DNA of 13,612 bases from Thermoplasmata archaeon (lineage in GTDB: Archaea > Thermoplasmatota > SW-10-69-26 > JACQPN01 > JAJPHT01), in the NCBI GenBank assembly GCA_034667685.1, contig JAXDQU010000104.1:1-13612 (forward strand), given 5' to 3'. Position numbers and translations under genes: made by a program. Below, piece by piece: positions 5,556-12,751 of the stretch. The notes under the pieces were generated by a model. It made no database searches and was not told the origin of the DNA. It saw only the letters and a list, made by a program, of their open reading frames with translations. Numbering within the stretch: position 1 is the first letter of the stretch; each line of letters begins with the position of its first letter.

Positions 5556-7929
5556 AGTTGGGACCATCCTTGACGATCTTCGAGGTAGCCTGGGGGCCGA
5601 GCGTGAAGTCCTGCGTCTGGGAGAGCGAGCTGCCCACCGAGACGTCGAACGTGTGCGCCGCGTTCGTGGTCGAGGTCCACTCGAACCAGAACAGGAAGGG
5701 CAGCGTGTCGGAGTTCGCGCTGTATTTCTTGGGCCCCTGCGTGATGTAGAACGCCCAGACGCCGTTCTTGAGCGCGGCGGCCGGGCTGCACATCACCCTG
5801 TTCGTGCCCGAGACGGTGCCGGCGCCGACGACCGTGTCGGTCACCGCGCCGCCGGGCTTGAAGTTCGGCGTCTCCAGCGTGAGGGAGCTGAACTGGAACG
5901 TCTCGCCGTTCGTGGTGAAGTTCCACTTGGTCATGTTGAACTTCACCACGACGCCCACCGAGTCGTTGCTCGCGAACTTCGTCATGTTGAACGCGAGCCT
6001 GGCGAACTCGTCGATGGGGTAGACGGCGTACTCGTTCTGCGCCAGCGCGCTCTCGTTGAAGCAGCACACGTCGACGCTGCCCGTGGTGTTGAACAGCGTG
6101 ACGTGGTTGAACCGCTGCACGGGGACGGCCGGGTGCGTCAGGATCGACATCGTCGTGTCGTTGACGACCCACATGGCGACGTTGGCGCCGCCGACGTTCG
6201 CGGCCACGACGCTCAGGAAGCCCGTGCCCGTGACGTTGATCTGCGTGAAGGGCGGGCCCGACTTCGGGTTGAAGTCGGTGATCGTGAGCGGGTTGCCGGC
6301 GGGGCGCGGGTCCACGATGAACTGGGACGCCGGGCTCGCCGAGCCGCCGGGGCCGCTGGCCGTCACGACGTAGCTCGTCGGGGGCGCCTCGATGGGCACG
6401 AAGAAGTGCGTCTCCGTCCCGTCTGGCGCCACGACGAAGAACGCCGTGCTGAACACGTTGCCGCCGGCGGCGAGGCGCACGGTGGTGACGAAGCTCAGGT
6501 TGTGGCCGGTCAGCTTGACCTCGGTGCCGGCCGGCCCGTGCGTCGGCGTCATGCCCGTGATCTCGGGCGGCGACGTGGGCGCGTTGGGCGGCAGCAGCAG
6601 GTGGAGCGACTCGACGCTCGTGTCCGTGCCCACGGGGTTGCCGACCTGGACCTGCCAGTCGCTCGGGGTGGAGACGATGGGCGCGATCAGGTCGATCTCG
6701 CTGTCGCCCACGATCCACCAGACCGAGCCGAGCGCCGCGCCGCCCGACCCGACGAGACGGACCGAGTTGACGAAGCTGAAGTTCTGGCCGAAGACGCGCA
6801 CGAGCTGGTTGCCCGCGGCGGTGCTCGGGGAGAACGGCCCGGGCTCGCGCAGCTCGGGCGGCCCGTTGGCGCCGCTCACGTTGAGCGAGGTCGTGTTCTG
6901 GTACTGCACCGTCAGGTTCGAGACGTTGCCGAACACGAAGTTGTTCACGGTGCCGTTGCCCGAGCCGGAGCCCGAGCCGCCGGCCCCGCCGGCCCCGCCG
7001 CTGCCGCCCGTGCCTCCGGGCAGCCCGTTGGCGCCGGGCGCGCCGGCGATGCCGGGCGTGATGGTGACGTTGCCGGGGTTGTTCACGGTGGCGTTGCCGC
7101 CGTTGTTCGTGAAGTTCAGCGTCGAGCCGCCGTTGAGGAAGCTCACGACGCGCACCGCGAGGCTGCCCACGCCGGGCGTGGCGAGGTTGCCGTCCACGTC
7201 CTGGGCGCCCACCGCGAGCGGGACGAGCGCCGCGCCGGGCGTCGCCTCGGGCGGGATCGTGACGTAGCTCGCATAGTCCTGGTCGCCCGCCAGGAGGTCG
7301 GCGCCGATGCCGTTGTCCTCCAGGGGCACGTAGGGCGCGCCGCCGAGGGCCGAGAGGTCGACCCACACCGAGGCGATGGCCTTGCGGCCGTCCACGTGCG
7401 CGACGTGCGCGGCGATGCGGAGCACGGACTGCGGCGCGACGTCGGCCGGCGCGGCGGGCGCCAGCGGCGTGACGATGAAGCTGCCCGGAGGCAGGGGCGC
7501 CGAGGCCGCGTGCGGCACGTCGACCGTGGAGCTGGCGACGACCGCGCCGATGGACTTCGAGATGATGCTGATGTCAAGATGCTCGCCGCCCGTGAGGGGC
7601 TTCGTCAGCGGCACGGTGACCGCCTGGCCGATGTCCCACTGGCCGCTGCCCGCGACGGTCGCGCGTCCGTAGAGCGTGCCGCCCGCGCTGACCTGCACGT
7701 CGAGGTCGCTCCGGTTGAACGCGGAGCCGCCGGCGTGCGTGAGCGTGATCGCGCCGTTGGAGATGCCGCTGGGGAAGGCGCTCGCCTTGAGGTCGAGCGG
7801 CGGCGTGGCGGTCTTCTGCGAGCCGGACGAGTAGAGCCCGGCCACCGCGACGGCCACGAGGCTCACGGTGATGGCGATGAGGATGATCGTGCCGACGATA
7901 TCGCTGACGCCGGAGTCGCGGCGGATCAG
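5512..7929 (-). CDS. Large type IV pilin-adhesin fusion (pilin domain + Asp/Gly-loop Ig-like domain + Gly-X-Y tract + 3 IPT/TIG-like repeats + C-terminal domain)
   Basis: RRDSG|VSDIVGTIILIAITVSLVAVAVAGLY is an archaeal pilin N-terminus, with ITLTHAGG and GQWDIG pilin-head motifs. IPT/TIG-like starts are FSPSTAAGNQLVRVFGQNFS, ITGMTPTHGPAGTEVKLTGHNLS and ITDFNPKSGPPFTQINVTGTGF. Only this 3' part of the 1393-aa track ORF looks real. Start inferred at CTG 7929. Confidence 0.85.
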   Translation of the reverse strand: MIRRDSGVSDIVGTIILIAITVSLVAVAVAGLYSSGSQKTATPPLDLKASAFPSGISNGAITLTHAGGSAFNRSDLDVQVSAGGTLYGRATVAGSGQWDIGQAVTVPLTKPLTGGEHLDISIISKSIGAVVASSTVDVPHAASAPLPPGSFIVTPLAPAAPADVAPQSVLRIAAHVAHVDGRKAIASVWVDLSALGGAPYVPLEDNGIGADLLAGDQDYASYVTIPPEATPGAALVPLAVGAQDVDGNLATPGVGSLAVRVVSFLNGGSTLNFTNNGGNATVNNPGNVTITPGIAGAPGANGLPGGTGGSGGAGGAGGSGSGSGNGTVNNFVFGNVSNLTVQYQNTTSLNVSGANGPPELREPGPFSPSTAAGNQLVRVFGQNFSFVNSVRLVGSGGAALGSVWWIVGDSEIDLIAPIVSTPSDWQVQVGNPVGTDTSVESLHLLLPPNAPTSPPEITGMTPTHGPAGTEVKLTGHNLSFVTTVRLAAGGNVFSTAFFVVAPDGTETHFFVPIEAPPTSYVVTASGPGGSASPASQFIVDPRPAGNPLTITDFNPKSGPPFTQINVTGTGFLSVVAANVGGANVAMWVVNDTTMSILTHPAVPVQRFNHVTLFNTTGSVDVCCFNESALAQNEYAVYPIDEFARLAFNMTKFASNDSVGVVVKFNMTKWNFTTNGETFQFSSLTLETPNFKPGGAVTDTVVGAGTVSGTNRVMCSPAAALKNGVWAFYITQGPKKYSANSDTLPFLFWFEWTSTTNAAHTFDVSVGSSLSQTQDFTLGPQATSKIVKDGPNYDWPSSFTDCSNTP
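6964..7053 (-). repeat. Ten Gly-X-Y triplets (collagen-like/Gly-rich linker) within the pilin-adhesin
   Basis: GIA GAP GAN GLP GGT GGS GGA GGA GGS GSG. Confidence 0.75.
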
Positions 7930-9884
7930 GAGAGCACCCCCACGAGGAAGACGATGTAGGCGATCGCGGCCAGGAGCGCGGCGTGCTTCAGGCCCGAGAG
8001 CGTGTGGCCCTCGCCCAGGCGCCCGGCGACCATGCCGCAGAAGACGCCCTGGATGACCGCGGCCTGCGCGAAGAGGACGCGCGCGGTCGTCGGATCGAGG
8101 CCCGCGGAGAGCGAGCCGCCCGACTTCGCGGTGACCGCGCCCAGGCCGCCCGCCCCGTAGAAGAGGTGCGCGACCATGTAGAGGACGTAGAGGAACACCG
8201 CGAAGACGATGTAGATCACGATGACGTAGCTCATCATCGACTGGCGGCGCGTGGCGCGGATGCTCTCGCGCTTCGTCGCGTCGTTGGCGGCGATGTCGAG
8301 GACCTCGCGCATGCTGCCCGTCGCGTTCGACGCGCGCTCGAGCAGGATGCCCAGCTTCGTCATGCGCAGCGTGTTGACGCGCTCGCGCAGGCGGCGCAGG
8401 GCGTTGGCCAGGCTGCCGTTCCACGAGACGTCGCGCTCGACGGCCTTGAACTCCTTGGCGAGCGGGCCCGTGGCGGACTCGCCCAGGATCTCGAAGGACT
8501 GGAGCAGGCCGATGCCGCGCTCGTTGAAGCCCGCGAGCTTCGTGAGGTTGTCGGGGAGCGTCGCCTCGACGCGCCGCGCCCGGCGCACGCGGATCTCGTG
8601 GAAGGCGCTGATCGGGATCGCGGTGAGGACCGCCGCGGTGATGAGGACGCCGGTGGCCGCGACCGCGAAGTCGTTGCTGCGGAGGCCCTGCCACCACGCG
8701 ATGCCCAGGCCGCCCACGAGGACGGCCAGGCCGATGAAGCCGGAGAACTCGATGGCGTCGACGGGCCGCGCGAGCATGCGCGCGACGAAGTGGCGCCAGC
8801 CGGCGACCATCTTGAGGCGCGTGCGCTCCAGCGTGATCTGCCAGCGCAGGCGCCGGGCGGCCGCGCGCGCCTCGTCGCCCGCGCCCTCGGGGAGGTTCGT
8901 GGGCCAGGAGGTCTGCCAGGGCGGCGGGAGGAGGTGCGTGTCGGGCAGCACGTGCGCGAGGCCGAAGTCCGCGAGCGCGGGCGGGTCCGTCTTGGGGACC
9001 GTGAGGCTCTCGGGGGGGAGCAGGGTGTCGACCAGGATGAGATAGACGATCGTGCCCAGCGGGATGAAGCCGAAGATGATGAACGGGATCAAGGCCGTCT
9101 GGCCGCCCGCGAGCGGAGCCAGGCCGCTGATGACGACCATCAGGAGCAGCGGGAGCACCAGCAGGCCCGAGACGTAGATCTCGGCGAGCATCGAGGCGCT
9201 CTCGAGGTCGCGCTCCAGCGCCATGTCCTCGGCCTGGAGCTCGGACTTGGCCTGGTGCATGAAGTAGTCCTTCGCGTCGGCGCCCGAGTTGAGCATCGTC
9301 ACGAGGCCGCGGAAGAACGCCGCGAGGCGCGGGCTGGGCGTCGTGTCGGCGGCGTCCTCCAGCGCGGAGATGAGGTCGAGGCCGAGCCATTCGACGTTGC
9401 GCACGACGACGCGGAACTCGATCGCGGCCTCGCCGTAGGTGGCCTTCTCGGCGGCGACGGTGCGGATGATGTCGAGCGCGGGGACGTTGCCCTGCGCGAG
9501 CGCGTAGCAGAGCGTCACGACGCTGGGCATCTCGGCGTCGATGCGCCTCGCGCGCCCGGTGGAGACCAGGCGCGGGTAGGCGAGGAAGCCCAGGCGCGCC
9601 AGCGCGAACGCGAGGCCCGCGGCGGCGACCGCGACGCCCCCGCGCAGGAGCTGGTGGTCGGAGAGGCGCGCCCCGCGCACCATCGCGATCCACGTCACGA
9701 CGCCCATCGCCAGCGCGATCAGGCCCGACACGAGGTACGAGGTCGCGATGTACGCCTCGGGGAACGTGCCGATGCGGGCGGCGCGAAGCGCGCGGGCCGT
9801 CGCCTTGCTGCCCGACGTCGTGGCGACGACGGGCTCGAAGGCGCGCAGCCAGAGGGAGCTGATGCGGCGGAACGGGTTGGTCAT
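7926..9884 (-). CDS. pilC: Type IV pilus membrane platform protein (PilC/TadC/FlaJ-like, two T2SS-F domains)
   Basis: Start MTNPF at 9884. Domain 1 is RRIDAEMP...YGEAAIEF...GLDLISALE...TPS, domain 2 is RRVEATLPDNLTKLAGFNERG...GPLAKEF...ERASNATG, and the C-terminus is QGVFCGMVAGRLGEGHTLSGLKH. Multiple TM segments; directly follows the ATPase. Confidence 0.92.
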   Translation of the reverse strand: MTNPFRRISSLWLRAFEPVVATTSGSKATARALRAARIGTFPEAYIATSYLVSGLIALAMGVVTWIAMVRGARLSDHQLLRGGVAVAAAGLAFALARLGFLAYPRLVSTGRARRIDAEMPSVVTLCYALAQGNVPALDIIRTVAAEKATYGEAAIEFRVVVRNVEWLGLDLISALEDAADTTPSPRLAAFFRGLVTMLNSGADAKDYFMHQAKSELQAEDMALERDLESASMLAEIYVSGLLVLPLLLMVVISGLAPLAGGQTALIPFIIFGFIPLGTIVYLILVDTLLPPESLTVPKTDPPALADFGLAHVLPDTHLLPPPWQTSWPTNLPEGAGDEARAAARRLRWQITLERTRLKMVAGWRHFVARMLARPVDAIEFSGFIGLAVLVGGLGIAWWQGLRSNDFAVAATGVLITAAVLTAIPISAFHEIRVRRARRVEATLPDNLTKLAGFNERGIGLLQSFEILGESATGPLAKEFKAVERDVSWNGSLANALRRLRERVNTLRMTKLGILLERASNATGSMREVLDIAANDATKRESIRATRRQSMMSYVIVIYIVFAVFLYVLYMVAHLFYGAGGLGAVTAKSGGSLSAGLDPTTARVLFAQAAVIQGVFCGMVAGRLGEGHTLSGLKHAALLAAIAYIVFLVGVLS

Positions 9885-9898
9885 GGGGGGATTCCTTC

Positions 9899-11908
9899 TC
9901 AGCTGGACTTCGCGGGCTTCTTGGCGGGGAGGAGGTCGTCGAGGGTGCGGGCCGGGAACGCGGGCGCCTCGGGCGAGGTGAACACGGGGCCGGGGACCCA
10001 CTCGGCGGGCTCCGCGCGGTCGGTGTAGAACTGGCGCACGGCCTTGGCGACGTCGTGGTAGTGGCGCTCGTTGCGCGAGACGAGGCGCTCCAGCACGCGG
10101 CGGCGCGAGGCGAACTCCTCGTCCATGCGCGCGCGGGTCCAGCCGCCCTTGCTGCGGGCGCGCTCGAAGACCTGGCTCTGCGCGATGGTGGTCTGCTCGT
10201 CCTTCGCGGCGTCCCACTTGAACAGCTCGTTGATGCGCAGGTTGCGCGTCTGCGGGTCGATGCCGTTGATCTCGGTGAGCGAGAGCATGCGGCGCGCGGG
10301 GTGCCCGTCCTTGTTGACCTGGCCCTGCGTGACGAAGAAGTCGAGCGAGGTCAGCATGACGCGCGGCACGTTGATCGGCGGGTTCTCCAGGCGGTAGACC
10401 GCGTTCTCGACGGAGCCGGCGTGCATGGTGCTGAAGCACGTGTGGCCGGTGGACATCGCCTGGAAGAGCGTCAGGCCCTCGACGCCGCGGATCTCGCCCA
10501 CCACCAGATAGTCGGGCCTCTGGCGCAGCGCGGCCTTGAGCAGGTCGAACATGCTCACGCGGTCGCCCGAGGGCCCGGTGAACGACTCGCGCGTGATGGC
10601 GGCGAGCCAGTTGTCGTGCTTGAGCGTGATCTCGCGCGTGTCCTCGATCGAGACGATCTTGAGCGCCGGCGGGATGAACTGCGAGAGCGCGTTGAGCGTC
10701 GTGGTCTTGCCCGACGCGGTGGCGCCCATCACGATCATGCTGCGGCGCATCTCCACCGCCATCCAGAGCGTCGCCATCGTGTCGACGGAGTGCGTGCCGC
10801 TCTTGATGAGGTCCACCGCGGTGAGCGGGTCCTCGCGGAACTTGCGGATGGTGAACGCGCTGCCGCGGCTCGTGACCTCGTGGCCCAGCACGGCCTGGAT
10901 GCGCGATCCGTTGGGCAGCGAGGCGTCGACGAGGGGCTGCGCGATGGAGAGCAGCTTGCCGCCGCGCTGGGCGAGCTTCATCGTGAAGCTGTTGAGCTCC
11001 ATCTCGCCGAACGCGAGGTTGGTGCGCATCGACTGGTGGACGTTGTGCGCCACGAACACGGGCAGGCCGGGCCCGTTGCACGAGATGTCCTCGACGTGGA
11101 CGTCGTGCATGATCGGCTCGATGCGGCCGAGGCCCAGGTAGTTGCGCAGGAAGGTGTAGCCGAGCTTGTACGCCGTGCGCCGGTCGGTGCGCAGGCGATA
11201 CATGTTGAGCAGCTCGAAGACCTTCGTGAGCAGGAACTCCGCGCGCCCGGCCTCGCCCTCGTCCTGGAGGATGAGCACGTCGCGCAGGCGGTCGTTGAGG
11301 GTGACGAGAAGGGCGTCCTCCAGCCCGGTGAGCGGCGGCTCCTGGACGTGGTAGAGCAGCTCGTGGTCCTCGCCTTCGAGGATCACGGCCATGCTGAAGG
11401 GCTCCTCGAGCCAGTAACGCTCCTTCTCCTTGTATTCGCGAGGCGCCGCGTACGTCGTGATCGCGCCGTCGCGCGCGGCGTCATAGGGCTCGCCGCCCCA
11501 CGCGGCGTCGAGCACGTTCATCAGGCGACGCGGCCCGCCCTCAATCCCCAGGAAGGCGTCGGGGGGCATGGTGAGCTCCTCGGCGGCCTGCATGGCCTTG
11601 GCGGGCGCGTAGGCGCGGAACATCACGTTCGCCTTCGAGCGCGAGAAGATCCCGCGCCCGGCGAACTCGATCATCACGAACACGTTGTCGACGCTGTCCG
11701 CGCGGCCGCGGCGCTTCACCGCGACGACGCGCTTGACCTTGTCGCTGGAGCCCTCCGCCCCATGCTCGACCAGGAACGCCTCGCGGCGGTCGGCCGGCAG
11801 CCGGTCCCACTGCTCCTGCGGCGAGGCGACGACGCTTGCGAAGTCGGCGGCGATGCCAGCGGAGTTGAGCGCATGGACGAACTCGAGCACGGGGACGATC
11901 GAAGGCAT
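9899..11908 (-). CDS. pilB: Type IV pilus assembly ATPase (archaeal PilB/FlaI/VirB11 family)
   Basis: Walker A GATASGKTT, Asp box SIEDTRE, Walker B LRQRPDYLVVGEIRG, His box GHTCFSTMHA, plus IMHDVHVEDISCNG and FTIRKF. Start at ATG 11908 (MPSIV), preceded by GGAG. Confidence 0.95.
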   Translation of the reverse strand: MPSIVPVLEFVHALNSAGIAADFASVVASPQEQWDRLPADRREAFLVEHGAEGSSDKVKRVVAVKRRGRADSVDNVFVMIEFAGRGIFSRSKANVMFRAYAPAKAMQAAEELTMPPDAFLGIEGGPRRLMNVLDAAWGGEPYDAARDGAITTYAAPREYKEKERYWLEEPFSMAVILEGEDHELLYHVQEPPLTGLEDALLVTLNDRLRDVLILQDEGEAGRAEFLLTKVFELLNMYRLRTDRRTAYKLGYTFLRNYLGLGRIEPIMHDVHVEDISCNGPGLPVFVAHNVHQSMRTNLAFGEMELNSFTMKLAQRGGKLLSIAQPLVDASLPNGSRIQAVLGHEVTSRGSAFTIRKFREDPLTAVDLIKSGTHSVDTMATLWMAVEMRRSMIVMGATASGKTTTLNALSQFIPPALKIVSIEDTREITLKHDNWLAAITRESFTGPSGDRVSMFDLLKAALRQRPDYLVVGEIRGVEGLTLFQAMSTGHTCFSTMHAGSVENAVYRLENPPINVPRVMLTSLDFFVTQGQVNKDGHPARRMLSLTEINGIDPQTRNLRINELFKWDAAKDEQTTIAQSQVFERARSKGGWTRARMDEEFASRRRVLERLVSRNERHYHDVAKAVRQFYTDRAEPAEWVPGPVFTSPEAPAFPARTLDDLLPAKKPAKSS

Positions 11909-11934
11909 GATATCAGGTCTCCTGGATGATCTCG

Positions 11935-12393
11935 CTACTGCCTGAGCTGGATCTGCTGGTCCAGCACCGTGTTGCCTCCCTGCGTGATGGTCGCGTAGAT
12001 GGTCGCCGCGCCCGAGGCTCCGGGGCCGTACTGGAGGGTGTAGGTCGCGTAGTCGCCGGGGTTCCATTGGCCTCCGACGCTGTGCGAGGCGGCGCCGGCG
12101 GCGAGCGCGGTGCCGTTGGACTGGGACATCGACATGCTCATGGCGGTCGTCGCCACGTTGGTCGGGCCGCCGAGGTACGTGACCTTGATCGTGTCGTCGA
12201 GGCCGTTGCCGTCGGTGTCGAGCGCCTGGGCCTTCCAGCTCGCGTCGACGGGCGGCTTGCTGTTGTGGCCGCTGTAGGCGCTGACGGCCGCGTAGACGGC
12301 GCCCGCGATGATCACCGTCGCGGCGACCATCAGGATGGTGCCGATCACCGGGGAGATGGCGTGGTCGTGGTTGCTCTTGTTGGCGTGGAACAT
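11935..12393 (-). CDS. pilA: Archaeal type IV pilin (probable major pilin)
   Basis: NHDHA|ISPVIGTILMVAATVIIAGAVY is an archaeal Pilin_N-type helix. 152 aa with a WNPGD motif; first gene of the operon with a strong SD. Confidence 0.88.
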   Translation of the reverse strand: MFHANKSNHDHAISPVIGTILMVAATVIIAGAVYAAVSAYSGHNSKPPVDASWKAQALDTDGNGLDDTIKVTYLGGPTNVATTAMSMSMSQSNGTALAAGAASHSVGGQWNPGDYATYTLQYGPGASGAATIYATITQGGNTVLDQQIQLRQ

Positions 12394-12399
12394 TGGCAG

Positions 12400-12405
12400 A
12401 CCTCC
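12400..12405 (-). promoter_or_regulatory. Shine-Dalgarno site of the pilin gene
   Basis: GGAGGT on the minus strand, 6 nt before ATG 12393. Confidence 0.75.
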
Positions 12406-12440
12406 GAGGGGTCCAGGCTCTCAGTGGCCCCCCTGGGGGG

Positions 12441-12452
12441 ATATCCCATTGC
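12441..12452 (-). promoter_or_regulatory. Putative BRE/TATA-like promoter of the pilus operon
   Basis: Minus strand GCAATGGGATAT about 47 nt upstream of the pilin ATG, which leaves room for an SD-containing leader. It overlaps the palindrome GGGATATCCC. Confidence 0.35.
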
Positions 12453-12507
12453 GCGGAACCGCCGCCGGGCGGGCGTTCGTCCGGATGTTCCGTGCAGGCT
12501 CCTCGCC

Positions 12508-12646
12508 GAAGGGAAGCGAGGGAAGAAGGGAAGACGGGAACGCGGGAAGAGGGGGGCTTTCGGTTTTCCAGGCCCCCGTCTTCCCTTCTTCCCCCGCTTC
12601 CCGTCTTCCCTGCTTCCCCCGCTTCCCTTCTCTTCCCTTCTTCCCC
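12508..12646. repeat. Palindromic array of GGGAAG(N2-4) units (purine arm, loop, pyrimidine arm)
   Basis: Purine arm 12508-12557 and pyrimidine arm 12572-12646. 12520-12538 (gggaagaagggaagacggg) is the exact reverse complement of 12575-12593. Confidence 0.85.
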
Positions 12647-12751
12647 AGCGTCCCTTCCGGAGTCAGGACTGCACGTCCCGCCTGAACAAGCAGGAGCACG
12701 GGCCGCCGGAGAGGCGCGCGGCTATGTCCTGCCGGGGCGAAGCAGGCTCGC

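Noticed and set aside
5512-6060. Diversity-generating retroelement target in the adhesin tip
   Set aside because: No reverse transcriptase and no template/variable repeat pair in the window.
7930-9693. N-terminal ~588 aa of the 1393-aa track ORF
   Set aside because: Off-frame overlap with pilC; protein-like composition begins only at IRRDSGVSDIVG.
9885-11081. N-terminal ~399 aa of the 1051-aa track ORF (apparent giant PilC)
   Set aside because: Off-frame overlap with the ATPase gene; PilC starts at 9884.
1911-11929. Long plus-strand ORFs (1911-4391, 4491-5537, 5452-7959, 7983-10028, 10055-11929)
   Set aside because: Antisense shadows of minus-strand genes caused by GC3 bias and scarcity of stop codons.
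7926-12393. Archaellum (FlaI/FlaJ) or conjugative T4SS interpretation
   Set aside because: No FlaH/F/G, archaellin, VirB4 or relaxase genes; the subunits are of the pilin type.
12508-12646. Possible CRISPR array or IS/MITE ends
   Set aside because: Units are 8-10 bp with no unique spacers, and there is no cas gene, transposase or clear target-site duplication.
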